A stretch of DNA of 64,000 bases, from positions 9,536 through 73,535 of the forward strand of contig JAYZXF010000002.1 of the NCBI GenBank assembly GCA_036141575.1, in the 5' to 3' direction. Positions 18,559 through 28,921 of this stretch are shown here, in pieces. Made by a program: the position numbers and the translations under genes. Every line of letters starts with the position of its first letter. Position 1 is the stretch's first letter. Source of the DNA: Pseudomonadota bacterium (GTDB lineage Bacteria; Pseudomonadota; Alphaproteobacteria; UBA2136; JAPKEQ01). The notes beneath the pieces were generated by a model. It had not been told where the DNA came from. It did no database searches and saw only the letters and a list, made by a program, of their open reading frames with translations.

Positions 18559-19444
18559 GGGACTTTACCGCGACCTTATTATGCTTTGTAAACCGCGTAT
18601 TATTCTACTTTTAGTGATTACATGTGCAGGTGCTATGGGAGTAGCAACGCGTGGAAATACAGACCTGATGAGCTGGTCTCTTGCTTTTTTTGCATGCTTT
18701 GGCCTTGCGATGAGTGCATCTGGCGCAAACATGGTGAATATGTGGTATGATCGCGATATTGATAAGGTGATGAATCGCACCAAGAACCGCCCGCTTCCAT
18801 CTGGTCGTATGAAGCCGTCTACTGTTCTGGCTCTCGGTATCTTTCTGGGTGTGTTTTCAACCGCTTTTCTTTGGATTCTTGTGAACCCAATGACAGCACT
18901 TATGGCGTTAGCAGGTTACCTGTTTTATGTGTTTATTTATACGTTTTGGCTGAAGCGTCGTACGGTGCAAAACATTGTGATTGGTGGCGCGGCTGGTGCG
19001 TTTCCTCCGCTTGTGGGGTGGGCAGCTGTGCGCGGTGATGTGATGGCGCTTGAGCCGTGGTTGATGTTTGCAATTATCTTCCTTTGGACACCGCCTCACT
19101 TTTGGGCGCTTGCTCTTAAAAAATGCGGTGACTATACCAAAGCTGGTGTGCCGATGATGCCTGTTGTGAAAGGTGAAGATGAAACCAAATCTCAAATTGT
19201 GTATTACATGTTGATTCTGATTCCTGTAACGCTACTTATGGCAACAGGGAAGTCAATTAGCTGGATTTACCTTGCAACAGCGTGTGTATTGGGTGCAATC
19301 TGGCTGAAAAAAGCGATGGTGCTTATGCGTTCAACAACAAAGGCAACGCCGGGGCAGTTTGATGAAGCTGCAGATGTGTTTCGCTTTTCACTTTATTACC
19401 TCGCATACCTCTTTGCGGCAATGGTACTGGATACATTCATATGA
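18551..19444 (+). CDS. ctaB: Protoheme IX farnesyltransferase (heme O synthase).
   Basis: UbiA-family motifs (NMWYDRDIDKVMNRTKNRPLPSG). The ATG overlaps the ctaA stop (ATGCGTAA), and an AAGGAGG RBS is present. Confidence 0.85.
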   Translation: MRKGLYRDLIMLCKPRIILLLVITCAGAMGVATRGNTDLMSWSLAFFACFGLAMSASGANMVNMWYDRDIDKVMNRTKNRPLPSGRMKPSTVLALGIFLGVFSTAFLWILVNPMTALMALAGYLFYVFIYTFWLKRRTVQNIVIGGAAGAFPPLVGWAAVRGDVMALEPWLMFAIIFLWTPPHFWALALKKCGDYTKAGVPMMPVVKGEDETKSQIVYYMLILIPVTLLMATGKSISWIYLATACVLGAIWLKKAMVLMRSTTKATPGQFDEAADVFRFSLYYLAYLFAAMVLDTFI

Positions 19445-19986
19445 GTAAAAATGTAAGACTTTTTATTATTTTATTTTTTGTAGCGCTGGGTATGCTAGGC
19501 CTTGGTTACGCATTTGTACCGCTCTATAAAATTTTCTGTGATTTTGTTGGCATCCCAACACCAAGTGTCATGGTTGGTAAAGCTGGTGAACCAAAGCCGA
19601 TGCCAAAAGAGCCACAAGATAGAACAGTGGTTGTGCGCTTTATGGCCAATACTGAAGCAGGCCTTCCGATTGAGTTTGCGCCAGTGGAACGTGTAACGCG
19701 CCTTAAAATTGGCCAAAACTTCCTCACAGCGTATGAGGCAAAGAACCTTTCACCTGAAAGTATGAATGGTGTTGCTGTGCATACTGTAAATGGCCAAGGG
19801 GTAACAGGTGGGGAAGATATGAGTGCTTACATTGACCTGCAACAATGCTTCTGTTTTGAGGAGCAAATTTACCCTGCAGGAGAGGATGTAAACCTCCCGT
19901 TACAGTTTTTCATCACAGAGGATTTACCAAAAGAAGTTCACACGCTTGTTTTTGGCTATACCTTGTTTGAACAGACCGAAAATTAA
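19441..19986 (+). CDS. ctaG: Cytochrome c oxidase assembly protein CtaG/Cox11.
   Basis: An N-terminal TM segment is followed by a Cox11 domain with a CFCF motif. Confidence 0.85.
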   Translation: MSKNVRLFIILFFVALGMLGLGYAFVPLYKIFCDFVGIPTPSVMVGKAGEPKPMPKEPQDRTVVVRFMANTEAGLPIEFAPVERVTRLKIGQNFLTAYEAKNLSPESMNGVAVHTVNGQGVTGGEDMSAYIDLQQCFCFEEQIYPAGEDVNLPLQFFITEDLPKEVHTLVFGYTLFEQTEN

Positions 19987-19994
19987 TGCTATAA

Positions 19995-21605
19995 ATGACG
20001 AGCATAAAAAAGAAAGAGAATATGAAAATGGCATCTACAGCTCCTGTAAAAAAAGGACTTATGTATTACCTAACAACGGTAAACCATAAAGATATCGGTA
20101 TCATGTACCTGCTTAGCGCACTAACGTTCTTCTTCGTTGGTGGGATCATGGCAGAAGTGATTCGTCTTGAACTTATGAAACCTGGCGTGCAATTCGTAAC
20201 AGGTGACGTGTTCAACCAAATGACGGCAATGCATGCCACATTCATGATCTTCTTTGCAATTATTCCTGCGTTTGTTGGTCTTGGTAACTACTTTGTACCA
20301 ATCATGATTGGTTCGCCAGATATGGCGTTTCCACGTCTTAACAACTGGACGTTCTGGATTGTGCCATTTGCGGCACTTCTTATGGTTCTTAGCCTCTTTG
20401 CGCCAGGTGGTGCAAACGCAGCAGGTTGGACCATTTATCCACCTCTTACAAATGCCCTCTACTCACCAGGACCTGGTATTGATATGTGGATCCTTGGGGT
20501 TCACCTTGCTGGTGCAAGTTCTATTCTTGGTGCGATTAACTTTATCGTAACAATTCTAAACATGCGCGCCCCTGGTATGACACTGTTTAAGATGCCTCTA
20601 TTTGTATGGGCATGGCTGATTACTGCATGGTTGATGCTTCTTGGTACACCAGTACTTGCAGGTGCAATTACAATGCTTCTAACTGACCGTAACTTTGGTA
20701 CAGCTTTCTTTAACCCTGCAGGTGGTGGTGACCCAGTTCTGTTCCAACACATTTTCTGGTTCTACTCTCACCCAGCGGTTTACATTATGATCCTCCCAGG
20801 CTTTGGTATTGTGTCTGAAGTCATTGCGACAATGTCTAAGAAGCCACTGTTTGGTTACAAAGCCATGGTAACAGCGACAGCTACAATTGCGGTACTTGGT
20901 CTGCTTGTATGGGCACACCACATGTACACGGTTGGTATGGACGTGATGGCGAAATCGATCTTCATGTTTATGACAATGCTGATTGCCGTTCCAACAGGTG
21001 TAAAAATCTTCTCTTGGATCGCAACAATGTGGGGTGGTTCAATCCACTTTAACGTGGCGATGAAGTTTGCGACTGCGTTCATCTTCCTGTTCACAATTGG
21101 TGGCCTGTCTGGTGTGATGCTATCAAGTGTTCCTGTGGACTACATGATGCACGATACATACTTTGTTGTGGCACACATTCACTACGTATTTGTGGCAGGT
21201 TCACTGATGTCTATCATGGCGGGTGTGTACTACTGGTTCCCTAAAATGACAGGTAAGTACTTGAGCGAGCGCCTTGGTAACTGGCACTTCTGGACAACGT
21301 TTATTACATTGAACCTAACATTCTTCCCAATGCACTTCCTTGGTATGATGGGTATGCCGCGTCGTATTGCTGATTACAACCCAGCTTACGCGGATATCAA
21401 CATGATTGCGACAATCGGTGCGATTGGCTTTGGTCTGGCTCAGCTTTTCCTTGTGTGGAACCTATTCCATACTGCGAAAAAAGGTAAGAAAGCTGGCGAT
21501 AACCCATGGGAAGGTCATACGCTTGAGTGGCAGGTATCTAGCCCTCCACCAGAGCATAACTTTGAAACAATCCCAGTCATTGCAGCGGATAAGGAGGCCT
21601 ACTAA
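19995..21605 (+). CDS. ctaD: Cytochrome c oxidase subunit I.
   Basis: A canonical heme-copper oxidase subunit I sequence (WFYSHPAVYIMILPGFG; HHMYTVGMDV). Confidence 0.9.
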   Translation: MTSIKKKENMKMASTAPVKKGLMYYLTTVNHKDIGIMYLLSALTFFFVGGIMAEVIRLELMKPGVQFVTGDVFNQMTAMHATFMIFFAIIPAFVGLGNYFVPIMIGSPDMAFPRLNNWTFWIVPFAALLMVLSLFAPGGANAAGWTIYPPLTNALYSPGPGIDMWILGVHLAGASSILGAINFIVTILNMRAPGMTLFKMPLFVWAWLITAWLMLLGTPVLAGAITMLLTDRNFGTAFFNPAGGGDPVLFQHIFWFYSHPAVYIMILPGFGIVSEVIATMSKKPLFGYKAMVTATATIAVLGLLVWAHHMYTVGMDVMAKSIFMFMTMLIAVPTGVKIFSWIATMWGGSIHFNVAMKFATAFIFLFTIGGLSGVMLSSVPVDYMMHDTYFVVAHIHYVFVAGSLMSIMAGVYYWFPKMTGKYLSERLGNWHFWTTFITLNLTFFPMHFLGMMGMPRRIADYNPAYADINMIATIGAIGFGLAQLFLVWNLFHTAKKGKKAGDNPWEGHTLEWQVSSPPPEHNFETIPVIAADKEAY

Positions 21606-21607
21606 GT

Positions 21608-21757
21608 ATGTCTTCAGTTAAAACAAAAGTTTCTAAAGATAAAGGCCCTGGGCTTGATGAATTTGCAGCGCAGCGCAAGAGCATGAATGTATGGATTGCT
21701 CTTGTACTGGGTGTGATGGTTGTTCTTGTAGCAACAGCAGGCATTTGGCTCACTTAA
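21608..21757 (+). CDS. Small single-TM membrane protein (49 aa), translationally coupled to ctaD. Possible small oxidase subunit.
   Basis: The ATG is 3 nt after the ctaD stop, with AAGGAGG 10 nt upstream. The translation is MSSVKTKVSKDKGPGLDEFAAQRKSMNVWIALVLGVMVVLVATAGIWLT. It is below the ORF-track cutoff. Confidence 0.45.
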   Translation: MSSVKTKVSKDKGPGLDEFAAQRKSMNVWIALVLGVMVVLVATAGIWLT

Positions 21758-21779
21758 GGTTTGAAACGGAGAAAAGATT

Positions 21780-22058
21780 ATGGCAACAAAAGCAAAAAAA
21801 GAAGATAAGCTTCACTACGATAAAGAGGCCCTTCATAAAGATTACACAGAAGTGTACAACCTTTCTATGAAAGCAGTAGGTGCAATCATTCTTCTGGGTG
21901 TGGGTTACTTCTTTATTATGGTGACATTCCTTGGCGGCTCATGGCACACAAAGTACGAGCCATTTGTTGAGCAATTTGGTGACCGCGTTGAGATTGAGTA
22001 TGAAGGTCTCAAGCTTCCAATTCATGGAGAAGGCGCAAGTGAACCAGCGCACCACTAA
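21780..22058 (+). CDS. Small membrane protein (92 aa, one TM helix), possible oxidase-associated subunit.
   Basis: A GGAG RBS and a TM segment (AVGAIILLGVGYFFIMVTFLGG). Its position directly after ctaD is suggestive. Confidence 0.5.
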   Translation: MATKAKKEDKLHYDKEALHKDYTEVYNLSMKAVGAIILLGVGYFFIMVTFLGGSWHTKYEPFVEQFGDRVEIEYEGLKLPIHGEGASEPAHH

Positions 22059-22476
22059 CATTCAAACAGCCTCACTTAGTGAGGCTGTTCTCGTTCATAA
22101 GGCTATTCCTGAAATGAAGGACGTGAATCTTTCATTCTTTGAAGAGCGTTTAAAAGGTAAAAGCTATGTTTGTTTTGTTGCTTACATAGAGGGCGCGCCT
22201 GTAGGGTACGCTCTGCGCTATGATCGTTATGAGGATGGGTCTCTTTACTGCTGGATGGGTGGTGTGGTGCCTGAGGGGCGCCGTAAGGGTGTTATGAGCC
22301 ATATTATGGATGAAACCATGTCTTATGCAAAAGAGAACGGCTATACGTCTCTCAAGCTTAAAACAACGCCGAGACATACCTCTATGTTGAAGTTTCTCCC
22401 TGCCGATGGCTGGACACTTATTCCTGAAGGGGAAAAGGGCTGTGATAAGCTTCTTTATGAAAAGCCTGTGATATAG
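22024..22476 (+). CDS. GNAT-family N-acetyltransferase.
   Basis: A GNAT core is present (YVCFVAYIEGAPVGYAL...GGVVPEGRRKGVMSHIM). The start is uncertain: it may be 22024, overlapping the preceding small ORF, or a later Met at 22114. Confidence 0.6.
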   Translation: MEKAQVNQRTTNIQTASLSEAVLVHKAIPEMKDVNLSFFEERLKGKSYVCFVAYIEGAPVGYALRYDRYEDGSLYCWMGGVVPEGRRKGVMSHIMDETMSYAKENGYTSLKLKTTPRHTSMLKFLPADGWTLIPEGEKGCDKLLYEKPVI

Positions 22477-22483
22477 CAAAACC

Positions 22484-22502
22484 TCCCCAAATAGGGGAGG
22501 TT
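22484..22502. terminator. Bidirectional rho-independent terminator.
   Basis: The sequence aaaaCCTCCCCaaataGGGGAGGtttcttttt. Confidence 0.6.
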
Positions 22503-22513
22503 TCTTTTTCGAA

Positions 22514-23104
22514 TTATTCAGGAGTTTCGTCCTCGGTTGGACGCTCATCTGGATAAATATTGTAATACATCTCAAAGAAGGTATCTTTGAGTTGTTCCAG
22601 AACTTCATCATGAACAAGGTCACTGTTCGCTTTACTGAGCTCTTCAGTCAGGCGGTCTACTTCTTCCCAAAATTGGTAAGCCGTATTCAGCGTATCATTG
22701 AGCTCTGCGTCGAGAAATGAGAGGCGCCCTTCACGGTGAGTATGAGCATGGTTGCGCACATTGAAGATCAGGAAATCAACCTGATAGCCAATCACTTTGT
22801 CTTCTTCGTCTTTATCCATAATGGGGTAGAGGGCATTGCCATACACACCATAGGTTTGGACGTAAGTTTTAGGGTGATTGGGCAAACAACGACGAATATG
22901 ATCATCCCAGCGTTCGATGTGCTGTTCAATGGTTTGACCACCAAATGTGTCATGTATTGGCCTTTGTTCAAGGTTGCCAAGCTTGGTGACACCAAACCAG
23001 ACAAAGACAATAAGGCCCAGAAACAGAAGAATCGTCGCAAAAGGGACGCCTGCTAAAAATAGCAAGCCAGCCGCTGCTGCTAAGATAAAGAGGTAAGATT
23101 TCAT
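22514..23104 (-). CDS. Hypothetical membrane-anchored protein (N-terminal TM, acidic C-terminal tail).
   Basis: The ORF has an N-terminal hydrophobic helix and no recognisable domain. Confidence 0.6.
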   Translation of the reverse strand: MKSYLFILAAAAGLLFLAGVPFATILLFLGLIVFVWFGVTKLGNLEQRPIHDTFGGQTIEQHIERWDDHIRRCLPNHPKTYVQTYGVYGNALYPIMDKDEEDKVIGYQVDFLIFNVRNHAHTHREGRLSFLDAELNDTLNTAYQFWEEVDRLTEELSKANSDLVHDEVLEQLKDTFFEMYYNIYPDERPTEDETPE

Positions 23105-23258
23105 AGGAATTCTTCCTTCAGGAAAACGGAGGAAAAGATTTTGTATGCATTTAATTTAGCAAGAGTTGTATAGATATGCAAATTCTCTTTTCGTTTTCCA
23201 GATTCTTCTTTAGGGAGAGGCGTGTTATAGTAGCGCCAAAATAAAAGAGGACGATGCT

Positions 23259-23951
23259 ATGACACATATTGAACCACATCACTTAATTCACCGTACAGGC
23301 TGGCTTCGTGCTGCTGTTATGGGCGCGAATGATGGGATTGTGTCAGTGGCCAGTCTTCTTATGGGAGTTGCTGCAGCAGGCGCAGATAAGCCTGAAGTGC
23401 TTCTTGCTGGTGTAGCAGGTCTTATGGCGGGTGCGATGTCTATGGCAGCCGGAGAATATGTTTCAGTCAGTTCTCAATCAGATTTAGAAGATGCGGATAT
23501 TAAGCGTGAACTGCATGAGCTTGAACATAACCCAGAAGCAGAGCTACGAGAGCTTGCCTTTATTTATGAAGGGTGGGGTATGAGTAAGGAAACAGCCCTT
23601 AAAGCAGCGCAGGAGCTGAGTGAGTCTAACGCACTGGAAGCGCACCTGCGTGACGAACTGGGTATTACAGAACATGGTGAAGCAAAGCCTATGCAAGCGG
23701 CTGTGACATCAGCCTTTACCTTTGCTGTTGGAGCAGGGGTGCCGCTTCTGGCAGTGCTTGTCTTTGCGCATAAGTATGCCCTATTTAGTGTCGGCGTTTC
23801 TACTATCTTTGCTTTGGTGGTGCTGGGTGCACTTGGTGCGAGAGCTGGTGGCGCACCAATGGCGCGTGCCATTGGTCGTGTTGTTGGCTGGGGTATTCTT
23901 GCCATGGCATTGACGGCAGGGATAGGTTACCTGTTTGGCGTCTCTCTTTAA
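23259..23951 (+). CDS. VIT1/CCC1-family iron/manganese transporter, without an N-terminal ferritin-like domain.
   Basis: VIT-family features are present (GANDGIVSVASLLMGVAAAG) along with a C-terminal TM bundle. Confidence 0.8.
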   Translation: MTHIEPHHLIHRTGWLRAAVMGANDGIVSVASLLMGVAAAGADKPEVLLAGVAGLMAGAMSMAAGEYVSVSSQSDLEDADIKRELHELEHNPEAELRELAFIYEGWGMSKETALKAAQELSESNALEAHLRDELGITEHGEAKPMQAAVTSAFTFAVGAGVPLLAVLVFAHKYALFSVGVSTIFALVVLGALGARAGGAPMARAIGRVVGWGILAMALTAGIGYLFGVSL

Positions 23952-24076
23952 GAAGGATCTATAGGCGGTTTTTTATATTCCTCCAGCCTGAAGTAGGTTT
24001 ACTACTCTGCGGCTGATCACAATATAAAAACACATCCTAAATCTCTCTTCTTTGAGCTTGCTATGCTTAAAAGAAA

Positions 24077-24102
24077 AAGGCCGCAGTTGCGGCCTTTTTT
24101 AA
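24077..24102. terminator. Bidirectional rho-independent terminator.
   Basis: The sequence aaaaAGGCCGCAgttGCGGCCTtttttaat. Confidence 0.6.
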
Positions 24103-24114
24103 TCGGTTATTAAA

Positions 24115-24657
24115 CTAGTGGAAGCGTGATGCTTTTTGCATTGCACCTTTAAGGGTGTCCTCTAGTGTGCTTGAGCGCGATAAGTTAAAAGAGGCCTTAT
24201 GATGCGTGCCTCCAAAAATGGAATGGAACTCTTCCATATCTGTAACCATGCTCTCAAGGTAGCGGTTTTTGGGGGTGCCTTCAGGGTAACCAAAGGCCAG
24301 GCGGTCAGGGCGCAATGCTGAGATAAAGCCATGCTCTACATTGGTTGTAAAGGCTGGCATGGTTTCAAGTTCACGCGGAACCCAAACAACAACGCAGGCT
24401 GAGGCTGCAAGGGCAGTCCATTCCCATTTGACCTGAGTGTCATAGTCATTGGCCCAGCCACCGCCACGGGCTTCAGGAATGAAAACAGTGCCAGTAAATC
24501 CAAGCTCTTTTAGAATCTTTAGCGCTTCAGGGCGCCAAGAAGCCACGTTCTTTTCGTCACGAGGCGTAGGGCCTGCAAGAAAGATGCTGTTTGGTGTTGT
24601 CGGAACAGGACGTAGAGTTTCATCCATAATCGTTTCAGGGACGTACACAATTTGCAT
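24115..24657 (-). CDS. Nucleoside 2-deoxyribosyltransferase-like (NDT/SLOG-like fold) hypothetical protein.
   Basis: Start at MQIVYVPE. The pattern SIFLAGP...WR...VVVWVP...FTTNVEHG resembles the NDT-like Rossmannoid family. This assignment is by eye only. Confidence 0.55.
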   Translation of the reverse strand: MQIVYVPETIMDETLRPVPTTPNSIFLAGPTPRDEKNVASWRPEALKILKELGFTGTVFIPEARGGGWANDYDTQVKWEWTALAASACVVVWVPRELETMPAFTTNVEHGFISALRPDRLAFGYPEGTPKNRYLESMVTDMEEFHSIFGGTHHKASFNLSRSSTLEDTLKGAMQKASRFH

Positions 24658-24735
24658 AGTTCTTCTCCTTGTAAACATTAAAAAAGATGCCGTATACGGT
24701 ATGTGTACGGCATCTTACGTAGAATGGCAAGCTTG

Positions 24736-26541
24736 TTAGTCGTTCAGCTTAAGGGCTGCAAGGAAAGCTTCTTGTGGAATTTCCACGTTACCAATCGCTT
24801 TCATACGCTTTTTACCCTTCTTCTGCTTTTCAAGCAGTTTCTTCTTACGGGTAATATCACCACCGTAACATTTAGCTGTTACGTTTTTACGGAGTGCGCG
24901 CACGTTTTCACGGGCAATAATCTTACCGCCAATGGCAGCTTGAAGAGCAACTTCAAACATTTGCTGTGGGATGAGCTCTTTGAGCTTCACAAGCAGTTGG
25001 CGACCACGGAATTCAGCGTTGTCGCGGTGTACGATCATAGAGAGCGCATCTACGTTTTCACCGTTCACCATAATGGCTACTTTTACCAGTGGGCTCTCTT
25101 CAAAACTTTCAATCTCATAGTCAAATGAGGCGTAACCGCGAGAGATACTCTTGAGGCGGTCATAGAAGTCTAGAACCACTTCGTTAAGAGGCAGTTTGTA
25201 AACCAACATCACACGTGAACCGTGGTATGTCATAGACTCCTGAACACCGCGCTTTTCAATACATAAGTTAATCACACCACCGACAAACTCTTCAGGCATC
25301 AGCATTGTTGCCTTAATAATCGGCTCTTCAATGTGGGAGATAAAGTTTGGTTCAGGCAGGTCTGCTGGGTTTTCAACCTCAATCGTTTCACCGTTGTTTT
25401 GTACCACGCGGTACACAACGTTTGGCGCTGTTGTTACAAGATCGAGGTCAAACTCACGCTCAAGGCGCTCTTGAATAATCTCCATGTGCAGAAGGCCAAG
25501 GAAACCACAACGGAAACCATGTCCAAGGGCTGGAGAAGATTCACCTTGGTATGTGAATGAGGTATCATTAATACGTAGTTTACCAAAGGCTTCTTTCAAC
25601 TTTTCATAGTCTGCGCCATCTGTTGGGTATAGACCACAGAAGACAAGAGGGTGAACTTCCTTAAAACCGTCAAGGGGCTTTTCAGTTGGATTGTAACTGT
25701 CAGTAATTGTGTCACCAATAGATACATCGGCAACCGATTTAATGGCAGCCGTGAGGACACCTACTTCACCCGCTTTCAGTTCTTCAACCACACTCAGTTG
25801 AGGTGTAAGTACACCCACGCGCTCAACCGTGTAGTTGCGGCCATTAGACATCAATTGAACCTTTTGGCCTTTCTTAATAGAGCCGTCTTCTAGGCGCACA
25901 AGTAGAACGACACCAAGGTAGTTATCATACCAAGCATCAACAAGGAGTGCTTTCAGTGAAGCATCAGGCTGACCGACAGGTGCAGGCACCTTCTCAACAA
26001 TTTGTTCTAGGATATCTGTAATACCAATGCCTGACTTTGCTGAGGCTTCAACAGCTTCAGATGTATCAAGACCAACAATCTCTTCAATTTGCGTTTTAAT
26101 GCGCTCAGGTTCAGCTGCTGGTAGATCAATCTTGTTCAGAACAGGGAAAATCTCAAGGTCGTTATCTAGGGCGAGGTAAACATTTGCAAGCGTTTGGGCT
26201 TCTACACCTTGAGAGGCATCAACAACAAGCAGTGCACCTTCACAAGCGGCAAGAGAGCGAGAGACTTCGTATGTGAAGTCTACGTGTCCTGGTGTATCAA
26301 TTAGGTTTAGCTGGTATGTTTCACCGTCTTTGGCTTGGTAGTAGAGGCGGATAGCGTTAGCTTTAATGGTAATACCGCGTTCACGCTCAATGTCCATTGT
26401 ATCAAGAAGCTGGTCTTGCATCTCACGAGCATCAACAGCGTTACATTCCTGAATCAGGCGATCGGCAAGCGTTGATTTCCCATGGTCAATGTGGGCAATA
26501 ATACTAAAGTTACGAATGTTTTTTAGCGTTTTCTCAGTCAT
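24736..26541 (-). CDS. lepA: Elongation factor 4 (LepA).
   Basis: A GTPase G1 motif (AHIDHGKST) and a LepA-specific C-terminal domain. Confidence 0.9.
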   Translation of the reverse strand: MTEKTLKNIRNFSIIAHIDHGKSTLADRLIQECNAVDAREMQDQLLDTMDIERERGITIKANAIRLYYQAKDGETYQLNLIDTPGHVDFTYEVSRSLAACEGALLVVDASQGVEAQTLANVYLALDNDLEIFPVLNKIDLPAAEPERIKTQIEEIVGLDTSEAVEASAKSGIGITDILEQIVEKVPAPVGQPDASLKALLVDAWYDNYLGVVLLVRLEDGSIKKGQKVQLMSNGRNYTVERVGVLTPQLSVVEELKAGEVGVLTAAIKSVADVSIGDTITDSYNPTEKPLDGFKEVHPLVFCGLYPTDGADYEKLKEAFGKLRINDTSFTYQGESSPALGHGFRCGFLGLLHMEIIQERLEREFDLDLVTTAPNVVYRVVQNNGETIEVENPADLPEPNFISHIEEPIIKATMLMPEEFVGGVINLCIEKRGVQESMTYHGSRVMLVYKLPLNEVVLDFYDRLKSISRGYASFDYEIESFEESPLVKVAIMVNGENVDALSMIVHRDNAEFRGRQLLVKLKELIPQQMFEVALQAAIGGKIIARENVRALRKNVTAKCYGGDITRKKKLLEKQKKGKKRMKAIGNVEIPQEAFLAALKLND

Positions 26542-28916
26542 TACGCGCGGAGCTCTCCACCCAGTTTTGTTTCTACAGTTTTTACAGCTTTGTCACAGAT
26601 TGTGTTGATCTCTTCATCTGTGAGTGTCTTCTCACCAGATTGTAGAACCACACGGAGTGCGACTGACTTTTTACCTTCTGGCAGTTTGTCACCTTCGTAG
26701 ACATCAAAGATGCTGACTGACTTCACAAGCGTTTTATCTGCACCGTTAAAGGCACGGAGAAGCTGTTCTGCATCTACGCCTTTATCGAGTACAAAGGCGA
26801 AGTCACGGCTAGAAGCTTGGAAGCTAGAAGGGGCGTATGCGCCGCCTTTCATTGGTGTTTTTGCACATGCGGAAATGTTAATTTCAAATACGCAAACACG
26901 GCCTTTAATGCCAAAGCTCTTAAGGATGCTTGGGTGAATCTCACCAAATGTTGCGTAAGCATTTTTACCAAGACGCAGAGAGCCTGAACGGCCAGGGTGG
27001 TAGCTTGTACCCGCGTCACGTGAGATCTGCATGCGGTCTGCACGCACTTGCATGGCTTCAAGACAAGCAAGGGCATCTGCTTTCACATCAAAGATATCAG
27101 CAGGTGTGCTGGCGTTGTGCCAGTGTGCGTCATGTCCAGCGCCATACATAAGGCCGCAGGCCATCCATGTTTCACCAGATTTTTCATCGTAAGCTTTACC
27201 CACTTCAGCAAGCTTTACATGCTGCTCACCGCGGCTAATACCGGCTTTAAGTGCAGCCAGTAGGCCTGGTACAAGAGACGGGCGAAGCGTTGACATGGTT
27301 GCTTGGTCAATTGGGTTTTCAAGTTCAACCAATGTATCAGGAGAGCTTGTGAAGGCTCGAGCATGCTCACGGCTAATGAAGCTGTATGTCAGGGCTTCTG
27401 TGTAGCCAAGCGTTGCCAGCTTGCGGCGCATGTGGCGCTCGTAGCTGAGCATTGGCGCAGAGGCTTTTGTTTTCTCTTCTGGAAGTTCAGGCAGAACCGT
27501 TGGGATCTGGTCGTAGCCTTTCACACGTAGAACTTCTTCAATCAGGTCTGCGTCTGTGTCCATCATTGTGCGGAATGTTGGCGGAGTCACTTCGAGCACT
27601 GAGCCACCAGTTGCTTTCACCGTGAAGCCAAGCTTCGTTAGGATAGATTCACACTCAGATGTTTTTACCGCAAGACCTGCAAATGTTTCCATGCGCGAAG
27701 TATCAAATGTTACCTTACGTGATTCAGCAGGCGCCTCACCAGCAACGGCTTGGCCTTTAATACCACCACCACAGATATCAGTAATAAGCCCCGCTGCAAC
27801 AGCACCAAAGTTGACTGAACCATGGGCGTCTACACCACGCTCAAAGCGGTGGCGTGCTTCACTCAGAATCATCAGGCGTTGGCCAGTGCTTGCAATGATG
27901 TCTTTATCAAAGTGCGCGGCTTCTAGCAGAATATCTGTCGTGTTTTCATCAACAGCTGTTGTTTCACCACCCATGATGCCACCAAGGCCAACAAGCGTAT
28001 CACCATTATAGATACCAATATCTGTGCTTTTCAGTGTGTATGTTTTTTCATCAAGGGCTTCAAAGCTATCGCCTTCTGTTGCCATACGAGCCGTAAGCGT
28101 AAGGCCGTTCATTTTAGAAATATCGTAAGCGTGCAGAGGTTGTCCGTATGTAAGTGCAATATAGTTTGTTACATCTACAATCGCATCAATCGGGCGCTGA
28201 CCTGCTGCTTTCAGGCGCTGTTGCATCCAGTCTGGGCTAGATGTGTTTTTGAGGCCTTCAATTTTCACTGTTGAGAAGAGGGCGCAGTTTTCAGTGTCTG
28301 TGTTGACTGAAACATCACCAGCCTTGGCCATGCCTTCTGCTGTTGGAAGGGCTTTCAGTGTGCCTGTGCCAAGGGCTGCGAGGTCACGAGCCAAACCAAG
28401 AACGCTGAGTGCGTCACCACGGTTTGGTGTAATGGCCACTTCAATGGTTGTATCGTCATAGCCCATGGCGCTTGCAAAATCGCTACCTGGTTTTGCATCG
28501 CACTCAAGTTCCATAATACCGTCATGGTCTTCACCAAGCTCAAGCTCACGTGCTGAGCAGATCATACCGTTAGATTCAACGCCACGGATTTTAGTTGGTT
28601 TAATCTTAAAATCACCAGGAAGAACAGCGCCGTCTAGAGCTACCGCAACAGTAAGGCCTGCGCGTACGTTTGGTGCACCACATACAATTTGGCGTGGAGA
28701 GTCTTCACCGACCTCAACTTTGCAAATGCCAAGCTTATCAGCATCTGGGTGCTGTGTGCGCTCAAGTACATGACCAATCACAACCTTTTTCAGGCTTTCT
28801 GCATGGTCTTCTACTTCTTCAACTTCATGCCCAAGCTGTGTGAGGTCGGAGCAAAGCTGTTCTACAGATACATCTGTATCTAAGAGTTCTTTAAGCCATG
28901 AGTAAGTGAATTTCAT
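26541..28916 (-). CDS. pheT: Phenylalanine--tRNA ligase beta subunit.
   Basis: A 791-aa protein with PheT architecture (tRNA-binding N-terminus, B3/B4, B5, FDX-ACB). Confidence 0.9.
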   Translation of the reverse strand: MKFTYSWLKELLDTDVSVEQLCSDLTQLGHEVEEVEDHAESLKKVVIGHVLERTQHPDADKLGICKVEVGEDSPRQIVCGAPNVRAGLTVAVALDGAVLPGDFKIKPTKIRGVESNGMICSARELELGEDHDGIMELECDAKPGSDFASAMGYDDTTIEVAITPNRGDALSVLGLARDLAALGTGTLKALPTAEGMAKAGDVSVNTDTENCALFSTVKIEGLKNTSSPDWMQQRLKAAGQRPIDAIVDVTNYIALTYGQPLHAYDISKMNGLTLTARMATEGDSFEALDEKTYTLKSTDIGIYNGDTLVGLGGIMGGETTAVDENTTDILLEAAHFDKDIIASTGQRLMILSEARHRFERGVDAHGSVNFGAVAAGLITDICGGGIKGQAVAGEAPAESRKVTFDTSRMETFAGLAVKTSECESILTKLGFTVKATGGSVLEVTPPTFRTMMDTDADLIEEVLRVKGYDQIPTVLPELPEEKTKASAPMLSYERHMRRKLATLGYTEALTYSFISREHARAFTSSPDTLVELENPIDQATMSTLRPSLVPGLLAALKAGISRGEQHVKLAEVGKAYDEKSGETWMACGLMYGAGHDAHWHNASTPADIFDVKADALACLEAMQVRADRMQISRDAGTSYHPGRSGSLRLGKNAYATFGEIHPSILKSFGIKGRVCVFEINISACAKTPMKGGAYAPSSFQASSRDFAFVLDKGVDAEQLLRAFNGADKTLVKSVSIFDVYEGDKLPEGKKSVALRVVLQSGEKTLTDEEINTICDKAVKTVETKLGGELRA

Positions 28917-28921
28917 TGCGT

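Noticed and set aside
23105-23258. Iron-control (Irr/ICE or Fur) box upstream of the VIT-family transporter
   Set aside because: The region is AT-rich (tttaatttagcaagagttgtatag) but I could not align a convincing ICE (TTTRGAAYNRTTCYAAA) or Fur-box palindrome, so it is not called.
26710-28883. A series of 60-150-aa ORFs on the plus strand inside pheT (26710, 26930, 27048, 27303, 27556, 28243, 28465, 28689)
   Set aside because: They are antisense shadow ORFs within a well-supported essential gene. They have Arg/Ser/Pro-rich low-complexity translations typical of the reverse frame of GC-biased coding sequence.
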